Made by a program: the position numbers and the translations under genes
In this document: one piece after another, positions 37,816 to 50,322 of the stretch
Position numbering within the stretch: position 1 is the first letter of the stretch
Layout of the letters: every line of letters starts with the position of its first letter
The notes under the pieces: model-generated
Told to the model about the DNA's origin: nothing
Seen by the model: only the letters and a program-made list of their open reading frames with translations
The model's database searches: none
Origin: Squalus acanthias
Taxonomy: Eukaryota
Assembly (NCBI GenBank): GCA_030390025.1
Contig: CM059432.1
Location: 13,206,001 to 13,270,000 of the forward strand
Length of the DNA: 64,000 nucleotides
Reading direction: 5' to 3'

Positions 37816-40749
37816 ACCTCTAATTATATATGTCACACACTGAAGACAAGCCTGCCGTGGTCTAATCTTGTTTCCTAAAGCTGTTGTGACTAGCATTTGG
37901 AAGGTGATGAAACTGGAGGGCAATTCTTGTCTTGATTCTGGTCAGATTTTGAGAAGATTTACGCCAATCATATATTCTGATGGCCTCCAATTTTCCCAGT
38001 TCGCACTTACACAGAAATTATGGCAAAATTCTGCCCCAATTTCTGCCTCAATTTTGCCGATTGGAACTTACGTCCAAATTTCCTGCGGAGCTCACTTGCC
38101 TACGCCAGAACGTAAAAACCAGCATCAAACAAGTGCAAATCCAATGGTATTCTCTTGTATTCTAATTTCTATATTCTAAATGGTTGGACAGAGGCTTAAA
38201 TTACTAGTTCTTTTAGTCATTTCCTAACACAGATTATCTGCCCATTAATCTCAATGTTGTTTGTGGGACCTTGCTGTGTGAAAATTAGTTGCTACATTTT
38301 CCTACATTGCAACAGTGATTATACTTCAATAAAGCATTTAATTGGCTGTGAAGCTCTTTGGGACAAAGTGAAGGCGCTATATAAATGCAAGGTTTTTACT
38401 TTCTTTCTTTCTCCCTTCGTCCGCTGTCGGTGAGTCCAATTGTAAAGCCCTGCTGCCACCTCATCTAATTCAGCATAGACCTGGGGTCGAACACGAGACC
38501 CTCACCTGGTCAGTTCTACGCCAGGCAGCGCACTTGGTAAATGAACCATTAAGGGAGCAGCTCACCGACATTTTATGAATCTTAAAACAAATGATTAAAC
38601 AGTACCTGTTGTTCACTCATGAAGTATTTTTGGCACAGAAAAAGTCACATGCTTGGGTGCAGGCAAACACCTGGCTGGTTCTCAATCCTGATCAGCCAAT
38701 GCTTCATGCAAATTGCTGCCTATGGTCAGTGGGGCATTTGCCTCCAGCCTCATTCGACGTGCATAATTATTTTCATTAAAGAAAGGACAGGTAGCTGCTC
38801 TAATGGCCGGGGAGTAGGGGGAGATTAACGCAGGGGCCTATGGGGTCTGTGCTGAGGGGCCTCAGCTAAATATGGGGCCCCAAGCAAAACTCACCATAAT
38901 GCAGAAAAACTGAAGACAACCACTGGCTCAAAATATTCTAGCATTTAAAGATACTGTTAGATGGGGCAATGGCACAGCACCAGATTTGTTACAGTTCACA
39001 AGTTACAGAACACTTATTTGTTCAATTATGAGGAACCTGAGAAGCAAAGGTAATAAAATAATCTTTAATACGCAAAAATGCTCTCCATGGAAATGAAACT
39101 CCATAAATATTCTACGGCCTATTTCTCATAGAATCTTGCAGCACAGAAGGAGGCAATTCGGCCCATCGTGCCTGTGCCGGCTCTTTGAAAGAGCTATCCA
39201 ATTAGTCCCACTCCCATGTTCTTTCCCCATAGCCCTGCAAAAATAAAATCTTTGTGCATTCTACTGCTCAATTGTGTTTTCTTGGATCGGGGAGGGGAGT
39301 GGAGTTGCGCTGGGGTGGGGTGGAGTGGCCTCAAATGTTCTTTGTGCCCAAGAATTCTTAATCCGGATCTGCCAATGGTTGAGTGATCAAATGCAACACC
39401 AGGTGTGATACTGAGCCACAAAGATCAGACAGATCCCAGGTTTGATCACTGGACTGTGCTGTTAGCTGCTTGCAGCCAGAGTGACAGCAGACATGCTACA
39501 GGCTTCAGTCTCCTGTTCCTGATTATTAGGGACCCTTGACAGAAAGGGTAAATGTGGGGGAGAACATCGCTGAATTCTCCGTCTGGGCTGGCACATGAAG
39601 AATGGTCGCTGAGATCAAATCAGGTGCCCAAGAAACTGCACCCTAACCACGGGTCAGGGTCTTCAGGAGAGATGGGGAGAATGCTGGACAAGATTCAGGG
39701 GGTCGTAAATAAATCTAAACATAGGCCAGTTTAGAAACTCCAGGTTTAACAGTTCTCTGTTCCTGCCATTTGATATCAGCTTCCTTCGAGCTGTTTCTAG
39801 CTTATTAAAAAAAAACCTGATAAAACACTGCGGCTGGCTGAGGATCCTGATTTGTATTTACACTTGGCTGATGGTAACGCACGTTAGCAGTTCGGCATTC
39901 ACTACTGATTTGGCCCATCTCGCTTGTGGAAACAAAAACAATGAAAGACTGGCAGTCTCAGAGCACCCTCGATTTTTATTCCAACTGTTTCCGAGAGCTA
40001 TCCAAATTGGCTGCCAACTTGGCTGGTTTCCCCGGATCAGCTTGCAGCTGTGACTGGACTGAACACTGCTCCATTGCTCTGCCCCATCCCCAATCCTTTG
40101 TTCACAAACCCACCATCTTTCCAGTCAATCACCATCTCCATTCTTTCAATGGGATTTTTTTTTTCAGGCATTTTCACCTATTGAAACTAATACAGTCTTT
40201 CTCTCATTGTGCTGTAGTTCTAGCTGCAACCACCTGCTATGTTCACACTCTTCAATAGGAAGTAGACGGTTGGTCAGTTTATCCACCCAGCAAATGCAGT
40301 CCAACTGTCCCAAATGCCCACGGTGATGAATACCACACGCACTAGATCTGCATCAGTACTTTTGTCAAATTTGCCTCTCATCTTAGCAATATGGGCAGTG
40401 CCCACAATCCATCATAGGAACTATCACGAAACTCAACACCCATTAACCAGACTTCATCCAAATTAGTGCAGGAATTGATACACCAAAAACCTAAAAATAA
40501 AATTAACCTTAGGCTCCTGAATGAGTTTGCTGTTAATTTGAATCAGACTGGAATAAAACAGTGTCTGGTCACAATGCTCCGGCCATTGTGGTGCGGGCCA
40601 GGCTTGATGGAGCAGCTGGTCTTTTCTTGCCCGTCGATCTCGTATATTCGTGCGTTTGTAAGTCTAGCAGCCGATGAAAAGGGCATCAGGCTGTTCCTCT
40701 ATGGCATTTTTACCATATTATTAATAAGATCTTTTGTAATTACTAACTA

Positions 40750-40918
40750 TGGGGTAGAATTTCTGTGGGGTCCCCCAATCTCCTGCCGTAACTTCAGGCA
40801 GAGATCAGCGGAAACCTCAGAGAATTGGCATTCACGCCGTTTCTCCAGGGTTTCTGCCAATCCGCCGCCAAAGTTACAACGGGAGATCGGAAGAACCTCC
40901 ATGGAACTTACAGGCATA
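40750..40918. mobile_element. Short palindromic MITE
   Basis: Begins ggggtagaattt; imperfect fold-back (atctcctgccgtaactt ... aagttacaacgggagat). Confidence 0.55.
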
Positions 40919-43900
40919 TATGATTTAAATGGTATATAAATGTAATACCTAGTTGTCTGTACATTATTAAAATTTTGCATAGAACACACACTTTCTGTCC
41001 ATAAACATTACTTCCTGTTGTCATGAATTTTGGTTGCACTTTTGCATCTGCATTTACCATTATAAATTGCTACGTCAATATTTCCCATTCAATTTTGCTT
41101 TGTCATCCGTCATGATGTAGTTGCAGACTCTGCCACTAGGTGTCTCCATGTAGAGAGCTTCTGAAATCTCTAAACAATGTATATATATAAAAAAAGTATA
41201 TTCATCAACTAACTGGGTAATGCCATAGGCTATTTACTAGTAAATGATTATGCTTTTCCAACATTTGATGGCCACTATTTCTGTTTGATAAAATAGCTCC
41301 ACAGTTGCAGTGCTTCCAAACCCATGGCTGTTTTTAGCTTTTTATCGTAAATGGGAAAATGCTTAATGCTGCTTGGGGCAAAAGATCAATCAGGATCTGT
41401 TAAGATTGTTGAATATAAAATACAATCAACAAAGAACGTTTTCCCCTTTAAAAGTGAGGACAAGCTTGTTTGCTCTTAAAAGCTAAGCAATTCCATCTCC
41501 CAAACCCGCGACCTCTTCCACTGAGAAGGACAAGGGCAGCAGGCACATGGGAACACCACCACCTCTAAGTTCTCCTCCAAGTCACACACCATCCTGACTT
41601 GGAAATATATCGCCGTTCCTTCACCGTCGCTGGGTCAAAATCCTGGAACTCCCTCCCTAACAGCACTGTGGGAGTACCTTCACCACACGGACTGCAGCGG
41701 TTCAAGGCGGCGGCTCACCACCACCTTCTCGAGGGCAATTAGGGATGGGCAATAACATTTGTTTATTCATTTATGGGATGTGGGCGTCACTGGCAAGGCC
41801 AGCATTTATTGCCCATCCCTAATCGCCTTCTTGAACCGCTGCGCTCCTGACTTGTGCCTTGTAGATGGTGGAAAGGCTTTGGGGAGTCAGGTGAGATACT
41901 CGCCGCAGAATACCCAGCATCTGACCTGCTCCCGTTGCCACAGTATTTACGCTGTCCTTGCCAGTGACGCCCTCATCCCAGGAACGAATAAAACAAAAGC
42001 TCTGCCAGCAGTGGTGAGCCTTTCAGGCAGCGGGTGGAGGGGTGGTGGAAAATTGGGTCTGTGGCTACACTCACCTGATGCGTGCTGTGCTACTGATATA
42101 TGTGAGCCTTGAATTGCATACAGGTTATTTAAACAGCATAATTATTTGAACATGGTCCCTTGTGGAAAGTGGCGGTGTTTGGTTGTGTAGTGCTTATATC
42201 AGCTAGATAGGACAGCATATTTTTCAATGGACGGAGGCTTCCCTCAAATACAAGGTGTCACAGATAACAACCCATGTGGGCATCGGTGTATCAACCTCAG
42301 TGCCGATACGTAAATAAAGAGTCCGCACTTAACTAATGGTACCTGGCCACAGAAATATTATGCATGTCCATGGCCTTTTTCCAGGAGGTACCCATCATGC
42401 CATCGGTAAAGGGCAGTCCACGGTGGCTGCATTTTTGTAAGAAGAAGACTGGGTGGGAGGAATGACTCTTTGGAGACCCTTGCTACCCTCTGCATCCATG
42501 GTTGTTGCCCCACTGAGAAAACCCTAACAGTAAAGGATTATATTGGCTGGAAACTTGAGCATCCGCCACCTCTGTCTGCCGAGAACTGTACCATCCAGCT
42601 TTGGCAAAATGAGTATGTTCTTCAGGGAAGGAGACATCCTTACTCAGTCTGGCCTGTACGTGACTCTAGCCCCACATTAACGTGGTTGACTTTTAACTGC
42701 CCACTGAAGTGCCCTAGCAAGTAACTCAGTTTTTTTGAACCACTACAATGAATAACAAGGGTAAACCCGGTTGGGCCACTTGGCTGCGACTTAGGTTCAG
42801 GACATAACGTAAGGAGACCGTCCATCATGTTGTGTGGCACTACCACTGTGCTAAGTGGGATAGATTACAAACACATCCACCGGTCCTGCCTTTTCGTGGG
42901 ATATGTGGAACACTATTTGTTCCAGTCCTACTCAGGGTCCCCTCCCTCACCTCTTTTTCCGGTACATTGATAACTGTATCGATGTCGTTTCCTGCTCTCG
43001 CCCTGAACTAGAAAATTTCATTCACTTTGCTTCCAATTTCCACCCTTCCCTCACCTTCACATGGTCCATCTCCGACTCTTCCCTTCCCTTCCTCGACTTC
43101 TCTGTATCTATCTCTGGGGATAGGCTATTGACAAACATTCACTACAAGCCCACTGACTCCCACAGCTACCTGGACTACACTTCCTCCCACCCCGCTTCCT
43201 GTAAGGACTCCATTCCATTCTCCCAGTTTTTCTGTCTCTGCCGCATCTGCTCTGATGATGCCACCTTCCATACTACTGCTTCCGACATGTCTTCTTTTTT
43301 CCTCAACCGAGGATTCCCCTTTACCGTGGTTGACACGGCCCTTGACCGTGTCCGTTCTATTTCCCGCACTTCTGCTCTCACCCCTTCCCCTCCCTCCCGG
43401 AACCACAATAGGGTTCCCCTTGTCCTCACCTTTCACCCCACCAGCCTCCACATTCAACGGATCATCCTCCGCCATTTCCGCCACCTCCAGCGTGATCCCA
43501 CCACCAAACACATCTTCCCCTCACCTCCCCTTTCAGCATTCCGAAGGGACCGCTACCTCCGCGACACCCTGGTCCACTCCTCTACCACCCCCAACACCCC
43601 TTCCCCTTCGCCCGGCACCTTCCCGTGCAAGCGCAGGAGATGCAACACCTGCCCTTTTACCTCCTCCCTTCCCACTGTCCAGGGCCCCAAACACTCCTTC
43701 CAGGTGAAACAGCGATTTACTTGTGCTTCTTGCAATTTAGTATACTGTATTCGCTGCTCACGATGCGGTATCCTCTACATTGGGGAGACCAAACGCAGAT
43801 TGGGTGACCGCTTTGTGGAACACCTCTGTTCAGTCCGTAAGGGGGACCCCGAGCTTCCAGTCGCCTGTCACTTTAATTCTCCGCTCCACTCCCACTCTGA

Positions 43901-43987
43901 CCTCTCCATCCTCGGCCTCTTACACTGTTCCAATGAAAATGAGAAGTCGCACAACACCAGGTTATAGTCCAACAGATTTATTTAATT

Positions 43988-44025
43988 TTACAAGCTTTCG
44001 GAGCTATCGCTCCTTCGTCAGGTAA
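43988..44025 (-). ncRNA. Minimal type I hammerhead ribozyme (Penelope B, left arm)
   Basis: uuac-CUGACGA-a-ggagc-gaua-gcucc-GAAA-gc-UU-guaa: 4-bp stem I, 5-bp stem II, loopless palindromic stem III (AAGCUU). Confidence 0.8.
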
Positions 44026-44257
44026 GTTAGCAATGAGAGAATCTCCCAGAATTCACAATTTAAACCCAGACAAAATCTATTCACATTATTCGCTACAACA
44101 AAGAGCACAGCCAAGACAATGAGATGTGTCCCAGGGGGTCCAGCGTGTCAAACCACCTGCTGGCTGCATATCCTGTCAATTTGTGTTCTTGTGTTTTTTA
44201 AAAAACAAAAAAAAAAACAAAAAAAAAACACCTGAGAAGACCGGCCATGATGTCAAG

Positions 44258-45516
44258 TCACGTTCTGTATCGTGACATGAACCCGATATCGCGATTGAGG
44301 CCATCCTCATGAGTGCGGAACTTGGCTATCAGTTTCTGCTCTATGATTTTGCGCTGTCGTGTATCTCGAAGGCCGCCTTGGAGAACGCTTACCCGCAGAT
44401 CCGAGGCTGAATGCCCCTGGCTGCTGAAGTGTTCCCCGACTGGGAGGCAACCCTCCTGCCTGGCGATTGTTGCGCGGTGTCCGTTCATACGTTGTCTCAG
44501 TGTCTGCATGGTCTCGCCGATGTACCATGCTCTGGAGCATCCTTTACTGCAACGTATCAGGTAGACAACGTTGGCCGAGTCACATGAGTATGTACCGTGT
44601 ACCTGGTGGGTAGTGTCCTCACGTGTAATGATGGTATCTGTGTCCATGATTTGGCATGTCTTGCAGAGGTTGCCGTGGCAGGGTTGTGTGGTGTCTTGGT
44701 TGCTGTTCTCCTGAAAGATGGGTAATCTGCTGCGAACGATGGTACTTTTGAGGTTAGGCGGCTGCTTGAAGGCGAGTAGTGGAGGCGTGGGGATGGCCTT
44801 AGCAAGGTGTTCGTCGTCATCGATGACATGTTGAAGGCTGCGAAGAACATGGCGTAGTTTTTCCGCTCCGGGGAAGTACTGGACGACGTAGGGTACTCTG
44901 TTGGTTGTGTCCCGTGTTCGTCTTCTGAGGAGGTCTATGAGGTTTTTCGCTGTGGCCCGTCGGAACTGTCGATCGACGAGTCGAGCGTCATATCCCGTTC
45001 TTACGAGAGCGTCTTTCAGTGTCCGTAGGTGTCCATCGCGTTCCTCCTCGTCTGAGCAGATCCTGTGTATTCGCAGGGCTTGTCCATAGGGGATGGCTTC
45101 TTTAACGTGGTTAGGGTGGAAGCTGGAGAAGTGGAGCATCGTGAGGTTGTCCGTGGGCTTGCGGTAGAGTGAAGTGCTGAGGCGTCCGTCTTTGATGGAG
45201 ATTCGTGTGTCCAAGAATGAAACCGATTCTGAGGAGTAGTCCATGGTGAGTTTGATGGTGGGATGGAACCTGTTGATGCTATCGTGTAGTCCTTTCAGTG
45301 ATCCTTCGCCGTGGGTCCAAAGGAAGAAGATGTCGTCGATGTATCTGGTGTACAGCGTTGGTTGGAGGTCCTGTGCAGCGAAGAAGTCTTGCTCGAACTT
45401 GTGCATGAAGATGTTGGCGTATTGGGGTGCGAATTTGGTCCCCATGGCTGTTCCGTGTGTTTGGGTGAAAAAATGGTTGTCGAAGGTGAAGACATTGTGG
45501 TCAAGGATGAAGCGGA
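44258..45516 (-). CDS. Penelope RT (C-terminal part), Zn-finger linker and GIY-YIG endonuclease; uninterrupted but 5'-truncated
   Basis: GTAMGTKFAPQYANIFM, RYIDD, FLD, LYRKPTD, PCHGNLCKTC, VYLIRC...WYIGET...R...H, GLN; no stops or frameshifts. Confidence 0.9.
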
Positions 45517-45877
45517 TCCAAGGCGGCCTTCGAGATACACGACAGCGCAAAATCATAGAGCAGAAACTGATAGCCAAGTTCCGCACTCATGAGGATGGCC
45601 TCAATCGCGATATCGGGTTCATGTCACGATACAGAACGTGACTTGACATCATGGCCGGTCTTCTCAGGTGTTTTTTTTTTGTTTTTTTTTTTGTTTTTTT
45701 TTTTAAAAACACAAGAACACAAATTGACAGGATATGCAGCCAGCAGGTGGTTTGACACGCTGGACCCCCTGGGACACATCTCATTGTCTTGGCTGTGCTC
45801 TTTGTTGTAGCGAATAATGTGAATAGATTTTGTCTGGGTTTAAATTGTGAATTCTGGGAGATTCTCTCATTGCTAAC

Positions 45878-45915
45878 TTACCTGACGAAGGAGCGATAGC
45901 TCCGAAAGCTTGTAA
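45878..45915 (+). ncRNA. Minimal type I hammerhead ribozyme (Penelope B, right arm)
   Basis: ttacCTGACGAaggagcgatagctccGAAAgcttgtaa, identical to the left-arm copy. Confidence 0.8.
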
Positions 45916-46373
45916 AATTAAATAAATCTGTTGGACTATAACCTGGTGTTGTGCGACTTCTCATTTTTGTCCACCCCAGTCCAACGCCGGCATCTCCACA
46001 TCATGTTCCAATGAAGCTCAACGTAAGCTCGAGGAACAGCACCTCATCTTTCAATTAGGCACTTTACAGCCTTCTGGACTCAACATCGAGTTCAACAATT
46101 TCAGACCATAACCTCTACCCCTATCATTTTTTTTCTCTTTTTCACATGGCAGCTGTTGATCATTCTGCCATTGCCATTTACACTTCATCTAGAGTCATCT
46201 TTTGTTTCTTAAGTTGTCCCATTACCATCTCCTTTTGCCTTGCGCCATCATCCCTTTTGTCTCTTAATCTCTCCTGCCTTCCATCCTATCACAGACCTTC
46301 CCTTTTGTTCTTTCCTCCCCTCCCCCCTTTCCCTACACTTGCTTAAAAACCTGTTCGATCTCCAGCTTTTTCC

Positions 46374-46410
46374 AGTTCTGACGAAGGGTCATCGACCTGA
46401 AACGTTAACT
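46374..46410 (+). ncRNA. Minimal type I hammerhead ribozyme (Penelope A)
   Basis: agtt-CTGACGA-agggtc-atc-gacct-GAAA-cg-TT-aact: stem I agtt/aact, palindromic stem III AACGUU. Confidence 0.8.
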
Positions 46411-46421
46411 CTGTTTCTCTC

Positions 46422-47768
46422 ATATAGATACATAGATACATAGAAAATAGGAGCAGAGTAGGCCATTCGGCCCCTCGAGCCTGCTCCGCCATTCGATGAG
46501 ATCATGGCTGATCATCCAAACTCAGTACCCTGTACCTGCCTTCTCCCCATATCCCTTGATACCTTTAGCTTTAAGAAATATATCTAACTCATTCTTGAAT
46601 ATATTTAATGGCCCAGAAATTGATCTCGCTCTGTTCCCGCGGGGGTAAGGAGCAGGCGCGATCTCTCACTCCGCGTTGGCTTTTTCAGATCCAGCTCGCA
46701 CGAACTTGATGTTCCAGACATCAGCTGGGCAGTGCTTGCGTATCCCACTGGCGTAGTAAATTCGTGCGAGCTGTGGGATCACGTGACTCAGTTAGAGCCA
46801 ATGGCAGCACACCATCTTCCATTCATAAGTTTCACATACGTGCTGTGAAAGCTATGAATCTTACACCCCCCCAAAATAACAGCTAAACCTCAATTAAATT
46901 TAAAAAAAAACCATCACATTAATAAAATAAGTATAGTTAAATAAATTAACCATTTTAAATAAAAAATTAAATTTTTGAAAAAATTTAAAATCTTTTAAAA
47001 AGTTATAAAAATAAACTTACCTGTCTTTAAAGTCTCTAAAAAAGATATACCTGTTAAAAAAAATTCAAAAAAATACTTAATTCACTACTTACCTTGTTAA
47101 AAGTGGGTCTTACTCCTCCTTTTTCCATTTCTAAAATCTTCCGTCCTTACCTGCGCGTCCAAAGCACTAAGTGCACAGCGTGCGCGCAGCCTGTAGCGCG
47201 CACGCGATGCACCGAGGAACCGCCCCCTTTTCCAAAGACCAAGTGCCGGTTTTCAGCGCATGCGCAGGGCATGCAGAAAACCGGCAATTGGAGAGAGAAT
47301 ACGCGAGAGTACGCAGTGCGTACTCTCGCGCAGCGGGATCAATTTTTGGCCCAATGACTTGGCCTCAACTACCTTCTGTGGTAGAGAATTCCACAGGTTC
47401 ACCACTCTCTGGGTGAAGAAAGTCTTCCTCATTTCTGTCCTAAATGGCTTACCCCTTATCCTTAGATTATGACCCCTGGTTCTGGACTCTCCAACCATCG
47501 GGAACATTCTTCCTGCATCTAGTTTGTCCAGACCTGTCAGAATTTTATATGTTTCGATGAGATCATCTCTCATTCTTCTATACTCCAGCGAGTATAAGCC
47601 CAATCGACCCAATCTCTCCTCATATGTCATTCCTGCCATCCCAGGTATCAGCCTTGTGAATCTTCGCTGAACTCCTTCCATGGCAAGAACATCCTTCCTC
47701 AGATAAGGCGACCAAAACTGCACACAGTACTCAAGGTGTGGTCTCACCAAGGCCCTGTACAACTGCAG
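46422..47768 (-). mobile_element. CR1 LINE 3' fragment inserted in the Penelope A pLTR, itself split by a MITE
   Basis: ORF 47253-47762 LVRPHLEYCVQFWSP...WNSLP, with a (tatgtatc)n tail at ~46422-46445. Confidence 0.9.
46610..47352. mobile_element. Harbinger-type MITE
   Basis: 20-bp TIRs ggcccagaaattgatctcgc ... gcgggatcaatttttggccc, 3-bp TSD AAT and an AT-rich core. The flanks rejoin into CR1 sequence as at 11711-11740. Confidence 0.85.
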
Positions 47769-48224
47769 CAGATGCTGCCTGACCTGCTGAGTATTTCCAG
47801 CATTTTCTGTTTTTATTTCAGATTTCCAGCATCCACAGTATTTTGCTTTTGTACAAACAGATCTAGCAGCTCAAAACTGGGCATCCATGAGGCACTACAG
47901 GCTATCAGAAGAATTGTATACCACCATAATCTATAACCTCATGGCCCGGCATATCTCTCACTCCTCCATCACCATCAAGCCAGATGACTGATCCTAGTTC
48001 GATGACATATGTAGAAGAGTATGCCAGGAGCACTACCAGGTGTACCTGAAAATGAGATGTCAACCTGGTGAAGTTACAATACAGGACTACATTCATGCTA
48101 AACAGCAAAAGCAGCATGCTATAGACAAGCTAGGCGATCCCACAACCAATGGACCAGGTCAAATCTCTGCAGCCCCACTATATCCAGTTGTGAACGGTGC
48201 TGCACAATTACACAACTAACGAGA

Positions 48225-48630
48225 GAACATAAGACATAGGAGCAGGATTAGGCCATTTGGCCCCTCGAGCCTGCTCCACCATTCAATAAGATCATGGCTG
48301 ATCTGATCTTGGCCTCAACTCCACTTTCCCACCCGATCCCCATAACCCTTGACTCCCCTGTAATTCAAAAATCTGTCACTCTCAACCTTGAATATATCCA
48401 ATGACCCAGCCTCCACAGCTCTCTGAGGAAGAGAATTCTAAAGATTCACGACCCTCAGAGAAGAAATTTCTCCTCATCTCCATCTTAAATGGACGACCCC
48501 TTATTCTGAAACTATGTCCCCTCATTCACGAGGGTAAACATCCTCTCAGCATCTACCCTGTCAATCCCCCTCAGAATCTTATGCGTTTCAATGAGATCAC
48601 CTCTCATTCTTCTAAACTCCAATGAGAGGA
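48225..48630 (-). mobile_element. CR1 3' fragment
   Basis: Typical CR1 3' UTR (ggagcaggattaggccatttggcccctcgagcc) and RT end. Confidence 0.8.
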
Positions 48631-49234
48631 GATGCTCCATCATCAACCTCCTCCTCAATGATGTCAGAGATGGCGGGCCATTTAATCTTCCGCGCCTGCG
48701 TAGTTATTTTCGTTGTGAAGCCCGCTCACTGCTGCGCGTGACCTCGAGACACTGCGCGGCCGCACGGCTTGAAGGTAACGTTGGTCATGACATGTCTCTA
48801 CTGTGCCAGTGATCAAAACTCAATTTTTCTGTGCTGCCCAAAACCTCCTCTTTAATGGCTCGCTGCAGCCCTTTAAGTGCTGCTACCTCGCTGGATTTTA
48901 CCAATCTTCAGCCAAGTTTGCAATTATGCCAAGCTCCCTGGTGAAAGCTTTTCCTGCATCCGTAGCCTATTCAAATTAGGGTGAGAGAATCCGAAAAATG
49001 GCCTTTAGTGCCGCACGCACTGACTGACAAGCCTTCACATTAGGCCAGCTCACTCCCATTTTCAGAAAATTGAGGCCAGTGAGTCAATGTATGCATTGCT
49101 GGAGGTCGATTCAAAAGCAACACAGGCAGATTGGCTTGATCCTTTAATCTGGCAACAATTCATGTTAATGATTGGGGTATAGAATCCTGAAGAAGAGTGA
49201 ACAAAATGAAGGAGGAGGAAAATGTTTAAAAAAA

Positions 49235-49860
49235 CCAACAATAACAACTTGTATTTATGTTGCACCTTTAATGTAGTAAAACGTCCCGCGGCGCTTCACG
49301 CCTTTTGTTATCAAACAAAATTTGACACCGAGCCACAGAAGGAGATATTAGAGCAGGTGACCAAAAGCTTGGTCAAAGAGGTAGGTTTTAAGGAGCGTCT
49401 TAAAGGAGGAAAGAGAGGTAGAGAGGCGGAGAGGTTTAGGGAGGGAATTCCAGAGCTTAGGGCCTCGGTAGCTGAAGGCGCGGCCGCCAATGGTGGAGCG
49501 GTTAAAATCAGGGATGCTCAAGAGGCCAGAATTGGAGGAGCACAGAGATCCCGGTGGGCTGTGGGGCTGGAGGAGATTACAGAGATAGGGAGGGGCGAGG
49601 GCCATGGAGGGATATGAAAACAAGGATGAGAATTTTAAAAGCGAGGCGTTGCTTAACTGGGAGCCAATGCAGGTCAGCGAGCACAGGGGCGATGGGTGAA
49701 CAGGACATGGTGCGAGTGAGGACATGGGCAGCCGAGTTTTGGATGAGCTCAACTTTATGAAGGGTAGAACGTGGGAGTCCGGCCAGGAGTGCGTGAGAAT
49801 AGTCAAGGCTGGTGGTAACAAAGGCATGGATGAGCAGATGAGCTGAGACAGGGGCGCTAA
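49235..49860 (-). mobile_element. L2 LINE 3' fragment
   Basis: LIHAFVTTSLDY, LIQNSAA, LHWLPV, LWNSLP...KTYLFDQAF. Confidence 0.85.
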
Positions 49861-50322
49861 AGGAGAATGAAGCTTTTCTTTGATCTCTTCTAGAGTGTAA
49901 GGCAAAACTGGATGTGCATTTATTCACTGCAAATATGCATTACATTTCATATGGCTTTGAAAAGAGTGTTTGGTATAGCATGACACCCACACATATCATT
50001 GGCAAGTTCAAAATACACATCCCATTTCAGACTGTGAGACCTCACATAACCAATAGATGGCAGTGTAGCATAGTTTTTGTCTCTCATACACGCACAGCGG
50101 CAGGGATTCTTGTTTTAGAGATAAACTTGAAACAAATTCAAAACAAGAATATTTCTATAATCCCAGAATATCAGACGATGGGATACGCTATCGCCCCTTT
50201 TGCGCTCTCGCCCAAGACTAATTTCACCCCCTGTGTTTCATCTCAATACTCCTTACAGAACTGTCCACTCCCGATGGGGACACTCAGCAGCCCATTTTAC
50301 ACCCTGCCTGATTTTACTTTCT

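Larger units (their letters stand above)
43938..46003 (-). mobile_element. Penelope-like element B (GIY-YIG) with inverted terminal arms (~43936-44382 and 45517-~45967)
   Basis: 12-bp TSD tgttccaatgaa (43926-43937, 46004-46015). The arms differ visibly only in a T/A homopolymer tract, and the right arm carries a ~36-nt 3' extension. Confidence 0.93.
42874..47851 (+). mobile_element. Penelope-like element A (GIY-YIG), 5'-truncated; hosts nested insertions
   Basis: ORF 42903-43967 has FFRYID, YKPTDSHSYL, PC..RCNTC and LVYCIRC...LYIGET. It resumes at 46004 and its 3' end resumes at ~47769. The TSD tacaaaca (42866-42873, 47852-47859) lies inside a LINE fragment. Confidence 0.9.

Noticed and set aside
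45243..45641. Separate plus-strand gene ending in a GIY-YIG C-terminus
   Set aside because: It is a chimeric frame across the inversion junction at 45517 of Penelope B.
43936..45967. DNA transposon with 450-bp TIRs
   Set aside because: The arms are the 3' ORF end plus pLTR of a retroelement and are unequal at the outer end, and the interior encodes RT and GIY-YIG rather than a transposase.
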